Shown piece by piece: positions 38,142 to 48,520 of a stretch of 64,000 nucleotides of DNA (the first letter of the stretch is position 1; each line of letters opens with the position of its first letter). Origin of the DNA: Bacteroidota bacterium (lineage in GTDB: Bacteria; Bacteroidota; Ignavibacteria; Kapaibacteriales; UBA2268); contig SCSM01000011.1 of NCBI GenBank assembly GCA_004322215.1, positions 450,697-514,696 of the forward strand. Direction: 5' to 3'. The position numbers and the translations under genes were made by a program. The notes beneath the pieces were generated by a model, which saw only the letters and a program-made list of their open reading frames with translations, searched no databases and was not told the origin of the DNA.

Positions 38142-39461
38142 ATGATTTTTGATATAACACTGACTTTATTGCTTGTACTTCTAAACGGATTTTTTGTAGC
38201 CGCTGAATTTGCATTGGTAAAAATCCGTTCTTCACAAATCGAACTGATGATTAGAACAGGTAGTGTAGTTGCAAAAGTCACCCAACATCTGACTGAAAAT
38301 CTAAATGCCTATTTATCAGCATGTCAGCTTGGAATAACGCTGGCAAGTCTTGGACTTGGCTGGATTGGCGAGCCGGTAGTAGCTGATATAATTAAAGAAA
38401 TAATGTATTTTTTCGGATTGAATCTGCATCCTCAAACAATTCACTCTATTGCTCTGCCTGTTGCATTTATCACAATAACAACACTGCATATTATTCTTGG
38501 GGAACAGGCACCGAAATTAATAGCTATCCAAAAGCCGGAAGCAGTGTCTTCAGCAATTACTATACCTCTCAGGGTATTTTATTTCATATTCAAACCATTT
38601 ATCTGGATTCTGAATTTCATGGCAAACCTTTTTTTAAGATTAATCGGATTGAATCCAATTGCAACAGAATCTGAACTTCACAGCGCCGAAGAAATAAGGT
38701 ACCTTCTCGAAGAAAGCCAGAAAAGCGGGGTTATTGGTGTTTCGGAACATGAACTTCTTGAAAATGTATTTGAATTTTCAGAAACGCCTGTCAAACAAAT
38801 TATGATTCCGAGGGGGAAAATAATCGGTGTCGAAGTATCTATGAAAATCAATGATGTATTAGAAGCATTTATTGACGAAGGTTATTCGAGAATGCCTATA
38901 TATAAAGGTTCTATTGATAATATACTTGGAATTATATATGCAAAGGATTTAATAAATCTGATGCACCATAATAATCTTTTCGTCATTCAGGATATAATTC
39001 GAACTCCGTTTTTTATCAGAGAAGAAGAGAAGATTAATATTGTTCTGCGAAGAATGCAAAAAGAGAAAGTTCATTTGGCTATTGTTCTCGATGAATTCGG
39101 CGGTACAGCGGGTTTAATTACACTCGAAGACATAATCGAAGAAATATTCGGTGAAATTCAGGATGAATATGATGAAGAAGTTCCGATTGTCGTAAAAATT
39201 GATGATATTACTTACCAGGTAAATGCAGTGGCTGCAATAAGTGATGCTAATGAATATCTGCCTCAACCATTGCCTGAAAGCGAAGATTATGAAACAATCG
39301 GCGGACTTATTACCGGTGAAGTCGGACGCATTCCTTCAGAAAATGAAATTATCGAACTTCAAAATTATAAATGTAAAATTGTAAAAAGGTCTGAACGTTC
39401 TATTGAACTTGTGTTATTGATTTATCAGCACGTTATTGAATCACAAATTGATGCCGAATAG
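38142..39461 (+). CDS. CNNM/CorC (hemolysin C/TlyC family) membrane protein with CBS domains
   Basis: NGFFVAAEFALV, QLGITLASL, GEQAPK, YSRMPIY, DEFGGTAGLITLEDIIEE, CorC domain. Confidence 0.92.
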   Translation: MIFDITLTLLLVLLNGFFVAAEFALVKIRSSQIELMIRTGSVVAKVTQHLTENLNAYLSACQLGITLASLGLGWIGEPVVADIIKEIMYFFGLNLHPQTIHSIALPVAFITITTLHIILGEQAPKLIAIQKPEAVSSAITIPLRVFYFIFKPFIWILNFMANLFLRLIGLNPIATESELHSAEEIRYLLEESQKSGVIGVSEHELLENVFEFSETPVKQIMIPRGKIIGVEVSMKINDVLEAFIDEGYSRMPIYKGSIDNILGIIYAKDLINLMHHNNLFVIQDIIRTPFFIREEEKINIVLRRMQKEKVHLAIVLDEFGGTAGLITLEDIIEEIFGEIQDEYDEEVPIVVKIDDITYQVNAVAAISDANEYLPQPLPESEDYETIGGLITGEVGRIPSENEIIELQNYKCKIVKRSERSIELVLLIYQHVIESQIDAE

Positions 39462-39464
39462 AAT

Positions 39465-40232
39465 ATGAATTTCATAAATCAACCGACTTCAGCACAAATC
39501 AAATTATTTAACTCGTTAAAAAACAAAAAAAAACGAGATGAGAACCGTTTATTCATTGCTGAAGGTGAAAAATTATGTAATGAAGCTTTTAACAGTTCGT
39601 ATAAAGTTAACTCTCTTCTACTCAAAAAAGAGTCATCATCAAATTCGAAAGAAATTGCAAAAAAATATGAAAGAAAAAAAATACCCGTTTATTTTCTCAA
39701 CGAAAAAACATTCAACAGAATATGTGATACGGTAACCCCACAGGATATAATTGCTGTATTAAATTACAGGGAAGATAAACCTATAAATGATGAATCATTC
39801 GTTGCACTGGACCAAATCTCTGACCCCGGAAACATCGGCACTATCATCAGAACTGCAGAATGGTTCGGATTTAATCAGGTATTGCTTTCAGAAAGTTGTG
39901 CTGATAAATACAATCCAAAACTTGTCAGGGCAACAATGGGTTCTTTGTTCAGAATGAACATAATTTCGGGCTTAAATTTTTCTCAATCATTGAGAAATAT
40001 TTTTCCTGAACATATTTTTTTGGGAGCTTCACTCAATGCAAAAAAATCTATAGAACAGTTTAAACCGAATAAAAAATTCGGATTGTTTTTTGGTAATGAA
40101 GCTCATGGATTATCAGCTAAAACCAAGTATTTATTAGATGAAGAATTCAGGATTAAAGGTGATAAAGCAGAATCATTAAATGTTGCAGTAGCGGCAGGGA
40201 TTGCATTATATTATTTTAAAGAAATAGACTAA
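39465..40232 (+). CDS. TrmH/SpoU-family RNA methyltransferase
   Basis: FIAEGEK, DPGNIGTIIRTA, GNEAHG, ESLNVAVA. Confidence 0.92.
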   Translation: MNFINQPTSAQIKLFNSLKNKKKRDENRLFIAEGEKLCNEAFNSSYKVNSLLLKKESSSNSKEIAKKYERKKIPVYFLNEKTFNRICDTVTPQDIIAVLNYREDKPINDESFVALDQISDPGNIGTIIRTAEWFGFNQVLLSESCADKYNPKLVRATMGSLFRMNIISGLNFSQSLRNIFPEHIFLGASLNAKKSIEQFKPNKKFGLFFGNEAHGLSAKTKYLLDEEFRIKGDKAESLNVAVAAGIALYYFKEID

Positions 40233-40410
40233 ACCACGGTTAAACTTTGGATTTTTAATTATAATAATTTATTAATACTTACGTTAACACTTCATATTTA
40301 TTTCGTATATTATAAATTAAGTCTGGATTAAAATTAGTTTTAATATTCAGATTAATAAATTAAGTTTGTAAGATATTAAAAAAATTAATGATTAATAAAT
40401 GAATATATAA

Positions 40411-41106
40411 ATGGAACAGATTATAAGTTTAGCAATAATAGTTGTCCTTTCATATTTAGTCGGCTCTATTCCTTCTGCAATATTAGTAAGCAAGAGAGTA
40501 TTCGGATTCGATATACGTGAACGCGGAAGCGGAAATATGGGAAGTACAAATGCAATTCGCATTTTGGGATGGAAATGGGGTTTGCTTGTCCAAACTGCTG
40601 ATATTATGAAAGGAGTAATTCCGGTTGTAATAATTGCTAATCTTCTCGGGCAAGATATAAAAATTGGTTCCGGAGAATTTTTTGAGCATATTACGGTTGT
40701 TAGAATGTTTGCCGGAGTAAGTGCTATAGCTGGACATGTCTGGTCAGTGTTCGCCGGTTTCAGGGGTGGTAAAGGTATCAATACAACAGCAGGTGTATTA
40801 ATTGCAATTGCTCCAATAGATGTATTCATTTCAATAGGAATTTTTATCATTGCTGTTCTTTTATCCGGTTATATTTCGTTAGGTTCGATTTCCGCTGCTG
40901 TTACGGTTCCTCTTTCGATGGTTTTCAGGTACAATATATTAAATGATTATATTCCAGGATACCAGGTATTATTATTTTTCAGCATTGGAATTGCACTACT
41001 GATATTATATACTCACCGTTCGAATATAAAAAGATTGCTCAAAGGTACTGAAAACCGCTTTTCTAAATTGCAGGTTATTAAATGTAAATCAAAAGGTTCT
41101 ACCTAA
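40411..41106 (+). CDS. plsY: Glycerol-3-phosphate acyltransferase PlsY
   Basis: YLVGSIP, GSGNMGSTNAIR, GHVW, FRGGKG, HRSNIKRL..GTE. Confidence 0.96.
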   Translation: MEQIISLAIIVVLSYLVGSIPSAILVSKRVFGFDIRERGSGNMGSTNAIRILGWKWGLLVQTADIMKGVIPVVIIANLLGQDIKIGSGEFFEHITVVRMFAGVSAIAGHVWSVFAGFRGGKGINTTAGVLIAIAPIDVFISIGIFIIAVLLSGYISLGSISAAVTVPLSMVFRYNILNDYIPGYQVLLFFSIGIALLILYTHRSNIKRLLKGTENRFSKLQVIKCKSKGST

Positions 41107-41126
41107 TCATTTTCAAAAGGTAAGAC

Positions 41127-42146
41127 TTGGAATCGAAAAAAAAAACTTATAAAATCGGGATACTTGGTGCCGGCGGCTGGGGAACTGCACTTTCAATAAC
41201 TCTCACTGACAATAATCACAAAGTTAGACTTTGGACTTTCGAAGATTATGTTGCCGATGAAATCAACAATCAGCACACAAACTCAATTTTTTTAAACGGT
41301 GTTTCAATTCCCGAATCTGTAACTGCTACTACTAAATTCTCAGATTTAAAAAATTCGGATTTGTTTGTCATTGCTATACCTACTCAATATATCAGGAGTG
41401 TATTGAAATCAAAAGCCATTCCGAAATTCGGGGATAAAATCGTTGTCAGTGTCGCAAAAGGCATTGAAAAAGACACTCTAATGCTTGTGTCAGAAATCGT
41501 AACTAATACAGTTAAGCTGGCTTCGGAACAATTCGTTATAATGTCAGGTCCCAGCCATGCAGAGGAGGTAGCAAGGAAATTACCCACAACCGTGGTTGCT
41601 GCTTCCGAAAATATTACAAATGCAAAGGAAGTACAATCAATTTTTATGACACCCTACTTCAGAATATATACAACTGATGATGTCATCGGTTGTGAAATTG
41701 GTGGCTCATTAAAAAATGTTATTGCAATCGCTGCAGGTATAATAGATGGATTAGGTCTCGGTGATAATACAAAAGCTGCATTAATAACGAGAGGTCTTGC
41801 TGAAATTACCCGGCTTGGGGTTGCAATTGGTGCTAATACTATCACGTTTTCCGGTTTATCCGGTCTTGGAGATTTGTTTGTTACTTGTAACAGTAAATTA
41901 AGCAGGAACAGATTTGTCGGTGAACAAATCGGTCTCGGAAAAAATCTAAAAGATATTCAAAAGAGTATGGAAATGGTTGCCGAAGGTATTCAAACAACAG
42001 AATCTGCCTACTTTTTAGCAAAAAAGCATATTGTTGAAGTTCCGATTATCGAGCAAATGTATCAGATTCTTTTCAAAGGTAAAAAACCTGCAAAGGCAAT
42101 TGAAGACCTTATGACAAGGCAATCTAAAAGGGAATGGTGGTGGTAA
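41127..42146 (+). CDS. gpsA: NAD(P)H-dependent glycerol-3-phosphate dehydrogenase
   Basis: GAGGWGTAL, KGIE, SGPSHAEEV, LKNVIAIAAG, GDLFVTC, SRNR; TTG start. Confidence 0.97.
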   Translation: MESKKKTYKIGILGAGGWGTALSITLTDNNHKVRLWTFEDYVADEINNQHTNSIFLNGVSIPESVTATTKFSDLKNSDLFVIAIPTQYIRSVLKSKAIPKFGDKIVVSVAKGIEKDTLMLVSEIVTNTVKLASEQFVIMSGPSHAEEVARKLPTTVVAASENITNAKEVQSIFMTPYFRIYTTDDVIGCEIGGSLKNVIAIAAGIIDGLGLGDNTKAALITRGLAEITRLGVAIGANTITFSGLSGLGDLFVTCNSKLSRNRFVGEQIGLGKNLKDIQKSMEMVAEGIQTTESAYFLAKKHIVEVPIIEQMYQILFKGKKPAKAIEDLMTRQSKREWWW

Positions 42147-42167
42147 ATTAATTTTTCACTGCAAGAA

Positions 42168-44180
42168 ATGAAATATTTACTTAAAATATTCCTTGTTTTA
42201 TTAATAAGCCCGATTGCTTATCTTCCGTCATATTGTTTTGTTCAATGGGCATCAAAAGTATATTCATTTACAACCCAATACGGTGACAAGCAATATTCAG
42301 CAAATCAAATAATCAGTAAGCCGAGTGTTTTGCCGGTTTTCGGGAAAACACCTTGTGGCTGGACACCTAAAAACAGAGGGCAATTCATAAATGAACATAT
42401 TACAGTTGGTTTTGATTCGGCTATTTTTGTAACACAAATTGCGATTAATGAAAATTATAATCCCGGAAATATTTCCGAAATCAGATTATTCGATTCACTT
42501 CAACATGAATATTCAGTTTATAAATCGGATTCACAAAGTGTAAATATAAGACAAGGGAGATTATATAATATCTTTATTAATAAAACCAGCTTCAAAACAA
42601 AAAAGTTAAAGTTACTTTTAAAATCAGGTTACGCTGAAACCCAAATTGATGCTATTGCAATTTCTAATGAATCCGATTCGATCACAGTAAAAATAAATAA
42701 CGTTATAACAAATGAATCTAAATCACATCCCGAACGGCTGAGTGAAGAAGTAAATTCAAAATTTGACGAGTTGTCTCCAATCATCTCTCCGGACGGAAAA
42801 AAATTGTTTTTTACACGGGATTCTCATCCTGATAATTTAGGGGCTTTAAAAAAAGAAGATATATGGTTCTCAGAAATAGACAGTATGGGATATTTTAAAA
42901 ATGCAATGAATCTTGGACCACCTGTTAACAATCAAAATAATAATTTTGCATGTTCAATAACTCCGGATGGAAATGCCCTCCTCGTTGGAAATATTTACTT
43001 ACCAGACGGACAAATGAAATCGGGTATTTCTATCAGCTATTTCAAAGGTGATAAATGGACATTTCCTGATAGTCTCAGGATTAAGAATTATTATACAAAG
43101 GGTAAATCAGTTAGTTATTGTCTGTCCTCCAGCGGTAAAGTATTATTACTTTCACTTGAGCGTGATGATAGTTTCGGTGGATTGGATATTTACTACAGTT
43201 TTCTTCAACCGGATGGTTCATGGTCAGAGCCAATGAACATAGGCAATGCAATTAATACTGCAGCAAATGAAGATACCCCATTTTTAGCTGCAGACGAAAA
43301 AACGTTGTATTTTTCATCTGCCGGATACCCGGGTTATGGAAGTAATGATATGTTTCTTTCGAGACGACTTGATAGTACATGGCAAAAATGGTCGGAACCT
43401 GAAAATCTTGGTTCCACTTTCAATACAAACGGATGGGATGCTTACTACACAATTCCCGCTTCCGGTGAATATGCTTATTTCGTATCTGCGAAAAATGACG
43501 GAAATTTACATGATATTTACAGAATCAGATTAGCTTCTGAAATGAAACCAAAATCAGTAATGCTTATTTCAGGAAAAGTTGTGAACGCTAAAACAAAAGA
43601 GCCGATTGAAGCATTAGTAAAATATGAAACCCTGCCGGATGGTAAAGAAGCCGGTATTGCCCGTACAAATCCGATTAGCGGTGAATACAAAATCGTACTC
43701 CCCGCAGGTGAAAAATATGGCGTAATAGCCGAAGCAAAGGATTTTGTAGCTGTTGACGAAAACCTCGATTTGCGTGATTTTGATAAATATAAAGAACAAA
43801 AGAAAGATTTATTCCTCGTGCCTATCGAGGAAGGTCAGACCGTTAGAATGAATAATCTTTTCTTTGAGTTCGGTAAATACGAAATCCTTCAGGATTCTTA
43901 TCCTGAATTAAACAGAATAATTAAATTCTTGAATGACAATCCTTCTGTTCGTATACAAATATCCGGTCATACTGACAGTATTGGGTCAATAAACAGTAAT
44001 TTAGTTCTATCCCGTAACCGTGCTAAAGCAGTTTCTTTTTATATATTAGCAAATGGTATAAGTAAATCCCGTTTGATTACAAAAGGATTCGGCGATACAA
44101 AACCTGTTGCCGGTAATTCTTCTGAAGAAGGAAGACAGCAAAACCGGAGAGTAGAATTTCTAATATTAAAAAATAAATAG
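42168..44180 (+). CDS. OmpA-family protein with PD40 (WD40-like) repeats
   Basis: SPDGKKLFF, NLGPPVN, GGLDIY repeats; C-terminal ISGHTDSIG...LSRNRA...NRRVEF. Confidence 0.9.
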   Translation: MKYLLKIFLVLLISPIAYLPSYCFVQWASKVYSFTTQYGDKQYSANQIISKPSVLPVFGKTPCGWTPKNRGQFINEHITVGFDSAIFVTQIAINENYNPGNISEIRLFDSLQHEYSVYKSDSQSVNIRQGRLYNIFINKTSFKTKKLKLLLKSGYAETQIDAIAISNESDSITVKINNVITNESKSHPERLSEEVNSKFDELSPIISPDGKKLFFTRDSHPDNLGALKKEDIWFSEIDSMGYFKNAMNLGPPVNNQNNNFACSITPDGNALLVGNIYLPDGQMKSGISISYFKGDKWTFPDSLRIKNYYTKGKSVSYCLSSSGKVLLLSLERDDSFGGLDIYYSFLQPDGSWSEPMNIGNAINTAANEDTPFLAADEKTLYFSSAGYPGYGSNDMFLSRRLDSTWQKWSEPENLGSTFNTNGWDAYYTIPASGEYAYFVSAKNDGNLHDIYRIRLASEMKPKSVMLISGKVVNAKTKEPIEALVKYETLPDGKEAGIARTNPISGEYKIVLPAGEKYGVIAEAKDFVAVDENLDLRDFDKYKEQKKDLFLVPIEEGQTVRMNNLFFEFGKYEILQDSYPELNRIIKFLNDNPSVRIQISGHTDSIGSINSNLVLSRNRAKAVSFYILANGISKSRLITKGFGDTKPVAGNSSEEGRQQNRRVEFLILKNK

Positions 44181-44276
44181 AGAATAATTTGTAAATTTAA
44201 AATCATTTACGATTATTTCCCAATAATACAATTATTGATAATTTTGTACTTCATTTTATAAAATGATATTACAATT

Positions 44277-45020
44277 ATGAAAACTTTAAATGTAAATATA
44301 GACCATGTTGCCACCATAAGAGAGGCACGGGGAGGAAAAGAACCTGACCCCGTTAATGCAGCATTAATAGCAGAATTGGCTGGTGCAAGCGGAATTGTCT
44401 GCCATTTGAGGGAAGACAGAAGGCATATCCATGACAGGGATGTAAAAATTCTTCGTGAGGTAATTCAGACAAAACTTGATTTGGAAATGGCTGCTCACGA
44501 AGAAATAATCAACATTGCTTTAAATATAAAACCCGACTTAGTTACTATTGTCCCGGAAGGCAGAATGGAATTAACTACTGAAGGTGGCTTGGATGTTGCG
44601 GGAAATCCTGAGTTGTTTAAATCTCTTGTTAATAGAATGCATGACAAAGGGATAGAAGTCAGCTTTTTTGTGGAACCGGAGCAAAAACAAATTGATGCAT
44701 CCTTGAAAGCAGGTGCTGATATGGTCGAATTACACACTGGTACTTATGCAAATGCATCTGATAAGAATTCGCTCAGTAATGAATTATATAGGATTAAAAA
44801 ATCCTCGACACTTGCTCACAATGCCGGATTGAAAGTTGCTGCAGGCCATGGAATTAATTATATAAATATTAAACCCCTATGCCTGATTCCTGAAATAATA
44901 GAATTCAGCATAGGTCATTCTTTAATAAGCCGGGCGATTCATGTTGGAATCGAAAGAGCTACAAGAGAGATGATAGATGTTATTAATACATCAACTTTGC
45001 ACAGAGGTCTAAATAAATAA
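44277..45020 (+). CDS. pdxJ: Pyridoxine 5'-phosphate synthase
   Basis: VNIDHVATIR, HLREDRRHI, ELTTEGG, ELHTG, AGHG, IGH. Confidence 0.98.
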   Translation: MKTLNVNIDHVATIREARGGKEPDPVNAALIAELAGASGIVCHLREDRRHIHDRDVKILREVIQTKLDLEMAAHEEIINIALNIKPDLVTIVPEGRMELTTEGGLDVAGNPELFKSLVNRMHDKGIEVSFFVEPEQKQIDASLKAGADMVELHTGTYANASDKNSLSNELYRIKKSSTLAHNAGLKVAAGHGINYINIKPLCLIPEIIEFSIGHSLISRAIHVGIERATREMIDVINTSTLHRGLNK

Positions 45021-45055
45021 TTGTTCCCTCTTAACACAATCGGATAAAATAATTA

Positions 45056-46972
45056 ATGTGCGGTATAGCCGGAATATTTGAATACAGTGTATCTGATAAT
45101 CAGATAAACGATAAAATATTAAAATCAATGAGCGATGTAATTCAGCATCGCGGACCCGATTCCGATGGGCAATGGATTTCTGAAGATTACAAATGCGGTC
45201 TTGCTTTCAGACGGCTTGCAATCATTGATTTAAGTGAAGCGGCGAACCAGCCGATGCTAACTGCAGATGGAAAATTTTCGATTGTATTCAATGGTGAGGT
45301 TTATAATCACTTAACTATCAGAGAAGAATTAGAAAAAAGTGGCTATAAGTACAAGTCACGTTCTGATACTGAAACAATACTTTATGGATACCGGGAATAT
45401 GGAACTGAAATTCTCTCAAAACTTCTCGGTATGTGGGGAATGGCAATTTGGGATAATGACAAAAAAGAATTATTCATTGCAAGGGACAGAATCGGGATAA
45501 AACCTCTTTATTATACTATTTCAAACGGAAGATTTATTTTTGGGTCAGAGATAAAAGCAATATTACAACATCCTTCTGTCAAAGCCGAACTTAACCTTGA
45601 TGAACTCCCCAATTATCTGAATTATGGAATGACAGGAAGGGAATCATTATTTAAAAATATTAAAAAACTTCCCCCGGCTCATTTTCTGAGAATCAATTCC
45701 AAAGGTGAAATTCATATTGAAAGATATTGGAATCCTTTCAATTCAGAATTAGATCCAACTCGAATGAGTTTTGACGATATCCAATCGGAAGTCCTTCGAT
45801 TGCTCAAACAATCAATCAAAGACAGGATGATGAGCGATGTACCGTTCGGAGTGTTTCTTAGCGGTGGTGTTGATTCCAGTTTAAATGTAGCACTTATGGC
45901 TGAATTGATGAACCGCCCTGTTGATACTTTCACAGTCGGTTTTAAGGAACTTGAAAAATATAATGAGCTCGATTATGCAAGAAAAATTGCCGGATTATAT
46001 AAAACAAATCACCATGAAATACTGATTGACAGCAATGATGTTTTCCCTGTACTGGAAGATTTGGTTTGGCATGAAGACGAACCGAATGCAGACCCGGTTT
46101 GTATGCCACTATACTTTCTCAGCAAATTGACAAGAGATTCAGGAACCATCGTCATTCAGGTTGGCGAAGGCAGTGATGAACAGTATATTGGTTACAAGTG
46201 GATGCTTAGAGATTACAATTTTCATAATTCATTCTGGAAGTACTTTACACATTTACCTGAATTTTTGAGGAAAACAATTTATTATTCATCCAAACCGGTA
46301 TTTCAAGGATTAAATCAATATCTTGCTCTTGACTATCTGAGACGAGGGACTTTCAATGAGGAGCTGTACTGGAGCGGTGTTCCTATTTTCACTCCTTCAC
46401 ACCAGAACAAATTGCTAAATGAAGAATATTATTATTTAATGTCTAATGCATGGAAATATGCATCAAATAATTATCTGGAAGTAGAAAAACTAAACGGTGA
46501 TTCGACCTATTTACAGAAAATGACATTCCTCGAGCTTCAGCACCGTCTTCCTGAATTGTTACTTATGAGAGTTGATAAAATCGGTATGGCACATAGCATT
46601 GAAGCAAGAGTCCCCTTCCTCGACCACCGTCTCGTTGAGTTTGTCCTGTCAATTCCCGATAAAATTAAAGTACCCGATAAAAGAAATACTAAATACATAT
46701 TGAAAAAAGCTGTCGAATCGATACTTCCGCATGATATAATATACAGGCAAAAACAGGGATTTTGGGCACCTGTGAACGAATGGCTGAGAAATGAATGGAA
46801 AAGTTATGCTTATTCCGAAATCACTAATTCTGAGCTAATGAAAACAGGCATTTTTGACAATGCATTTATTGATAAAATCTTTAAATTACATGAATCTGGC
46901 AGGAAAAATCTTGGATTGGAACTGTATTCACTCCTAATGCTAAACCTTTGGTATAAAAAATTCATTGCTTGA
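45056..46972 (+). CDS. asnB: Asparagine synthase (glutamine-hydrolysing)-family amidotransferase
   Basis: MCGIAG N-terminal Cys, HRGPD, FNGEVYN, RDRIGIKPLYY, LSGGVDSS, GEGSDE, EARVPFLD. Confidence 0.9.
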   Translation: MCGIAGIFEYSVSDNQINDKILKSMSDVIQHRGPDSDGQWISEDYKCGLAFRRLAIIDLSEAANQPMLTADGKFSIVFNGEVYNHLTIREELEKSGYKYKSRSDTETILYGYREYGTEILSKLLGMWGMAIWDNDKKELFIARDRIGIKPLYYTISNGRFIFGSEIKAILQHPSVKAELNLDELPNYLNYGMTGRESLFKNIKKLPPAHFLRINSKGEIHIERYWNPFNSELDPTRMSFDDIQSEVLRLLKQSIKDRMMSDVPFGVFLSGGVDSSLNVALMAELMNRPVDTFTVGFKELEKYNELDYARKIAGLYKTNHHEILIDSNDVFPVLEDLVWHEDEPNADPVCMPLYFLSKLTRDSGTIVIQVGEGSDEQYIGYKWMLRDYNFHNSFWKYFTHLPEFLRKTIYYSSKPVFQGLNQYLALDYLRRGTFNEELYWSGVPIFTPSHQNKLLNEEYYYLMSNAWKYASNNYLEVEKLNGDSTYLQKMTFLELQHRLPELLLMRVDKIGMAHSIEARVPFLDHRLVEFVLSIPDKIKVPDKRNTKYILKKAVESILPHDIIYRQKQGFWAPVNEWLRNEWKSYAYSEITNSELMKTGIFDNAFIDKIFKLHESGRKNLGLELYSLLMLNLWYKKFIA

Positions 46973-47196
46973 GTTTAAGCTAAAATTTAATCTTGGTTTC
47001 ACTACACCGTTATAATATTTTAATTATCATAACTTTTTAAAATTCAATAACAAATTTTGCTTTGCCGTACTCCATTTCTTAACTATTTTTGAAGTCTGTA
47101 ATTTGACAAAAAATTGAAAGTATTAATAAATTAATAAATCATTTTTTCAGATTATAATAAAAGTATTGTTTATAATTTTCATTTAAGGAGTTATTT

Positions 47197-48444
47197 ATGT
47201 TCGGTAAAATGAAGAACTATCTGTCAGATGAGCTTCAAAAACTTCATGACCAAAAATTGTACAAACATGAAAGAATCATCGAAAGCCCCCAATCTGCAGA
47301 AATTACTGTAAAAGGAAAAAAAGTATTAAATTTCTGCGCTAACAATTATCTCGGATTGTCATCACATCCTGATTTGATTAAAGCGGCGCATGGTGAAATA
47401 GACCACAGGGGATATGGATTATCTTCAGTAAGATTTATCTGTGGTACACAGGACATTCACAAGGTACTCGAGAAAAAAGTTTCCGATTTTTTAGGTACTG
47501 AAGATACTATTTTGTTTTCATCTTGTTTCGATGCAAACGGTGCGGTGTTTGAACCGCTTCTTCAGGAAAATGATGCTATCATTACTGACGCATTGAACCA
47601 CGCATCAATTATAGACGGAATTCGGCTTTGTAAAGCACAAAGATGGATTTATAGCCATGGGAACATGAGTAACGAGGTCGGCCTTGACCCATCCACCGGC
47701 AAAGAACTCAAAGGACTTGAAAAGTGTCTTATAGAAGCTAATGAAAAAGGATGCCGTTTCAAAATGATTGCAACTGATGGTTGCTTCTCTATGGACGGCG
47801 ATATTGCAAAATTGGATGAAATCGTAGCACTTGCAGATAAATATGATGCTCTTGTTATGGTTGACGATAGCCATTCGACTGGTTTTATGGGTAAAACAGG
47901 TCGCGGTACACATGAGTTTCGTGGTGTAATGGGCAAAATTGATGTCATCACAACGACTTTCGGAAAAGCACTCGGTGGTGCTTCCGGCGGCTGTATATCT
48001 GGTCGTAAAGAGATTGTTGACTGGATGAGAAACAAAGCCAGACCTTACTTATTCTCGAACACAGTTCCTCCATCTACAGTTGGTGCAACAATTAAAGTTA
48101 TGGATTTACTTACTGCTTCAACTACTCTCAGAGACAAATTGGAAGCAAATACAATGAAATTCCGCAGCGAAATGACTGCCGCCGGCTTCGATATAATCCC
48201 CGGTGTACATCCAATCGTTGCAATTATGTTTGGCAAATATCCCGATTGTTCAAAGCTGGCTGTTGATTTTGCTAACAAGATGCTCGAGGAAGGAATTTAT
48301 GTTATCGCATTCTCTTTCCCCGTTGTTCCGAGAGGAATGGACAGAATAAGGGTTCAGCTTTCGGCAGGACATTCAACTGAACAAGTTGCTTTTGCTGTCC
48401 AGAAATTTACAAAAGTTGGTAAAGAACTTGGTATGATTAAATAA
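47197..48444 (+). CDS. kbl: Glycine C-acetyltransferase (2-amino-3-ketobutyrate CoA ligase)
   Basis: NFCANNYLGL, SVRFICGTQ, NHASIIDG, FSMDGD, TFGKALGGASGG, RPYLFSN. Confidence 0.96.
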   Translation: MFGKMKNYLSDELQKLHDQKLYKHERIIESPQSAEITVKGKKVLNFCANNYLGLSSHPDLIKAAHGEIDHRGYGLSSVRFICGTQDIHKVLEKKVSDFLGTEDTILFSSCFDANGAVFEPLLQENDAIITDALNHASIIDGIRLCKAQRWIYSHGNMSNEVGLDPSTGKELKGLEKCLIEANEKGCRFKMIATDGCFSMDGDIAKLDEIVALADKYDALVMVDDSHSTGFMGKTGRGTHEFRGVMGKIDVITTTFGKALGGASGGCISGRKEIVDWMRNKARPYLFSNTVPPSTVGATIKVMDLLTASTTLRDKLEANTMKFRSEMTAAGFDIIPGVHPIVAIMFGKYPDCSKLAVDFANKMLEEGIYVIAFSFPVVPRGMDRIRVQLSAGHSTEQVAFAVQKFTKVGKELGMIK

Positions 48445-48459
48445 ATAATTTTTTATTAT

Positions 48460-48485
48460 GTAGGGCTTCTATGTTGTGAAGCCCT
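48460..48485 (+). repeat. GTAG-initiated hairpin between kbl and tdh (REP-like)
   Basis: GTAGGGCTTC-TATGTTGT-GAAGCCCT. Confidence 0.45.
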
Positions 48486-48520
48486 TTTCTGTAAAAATAA
48501 AACTTATACAAGGATTAAAT

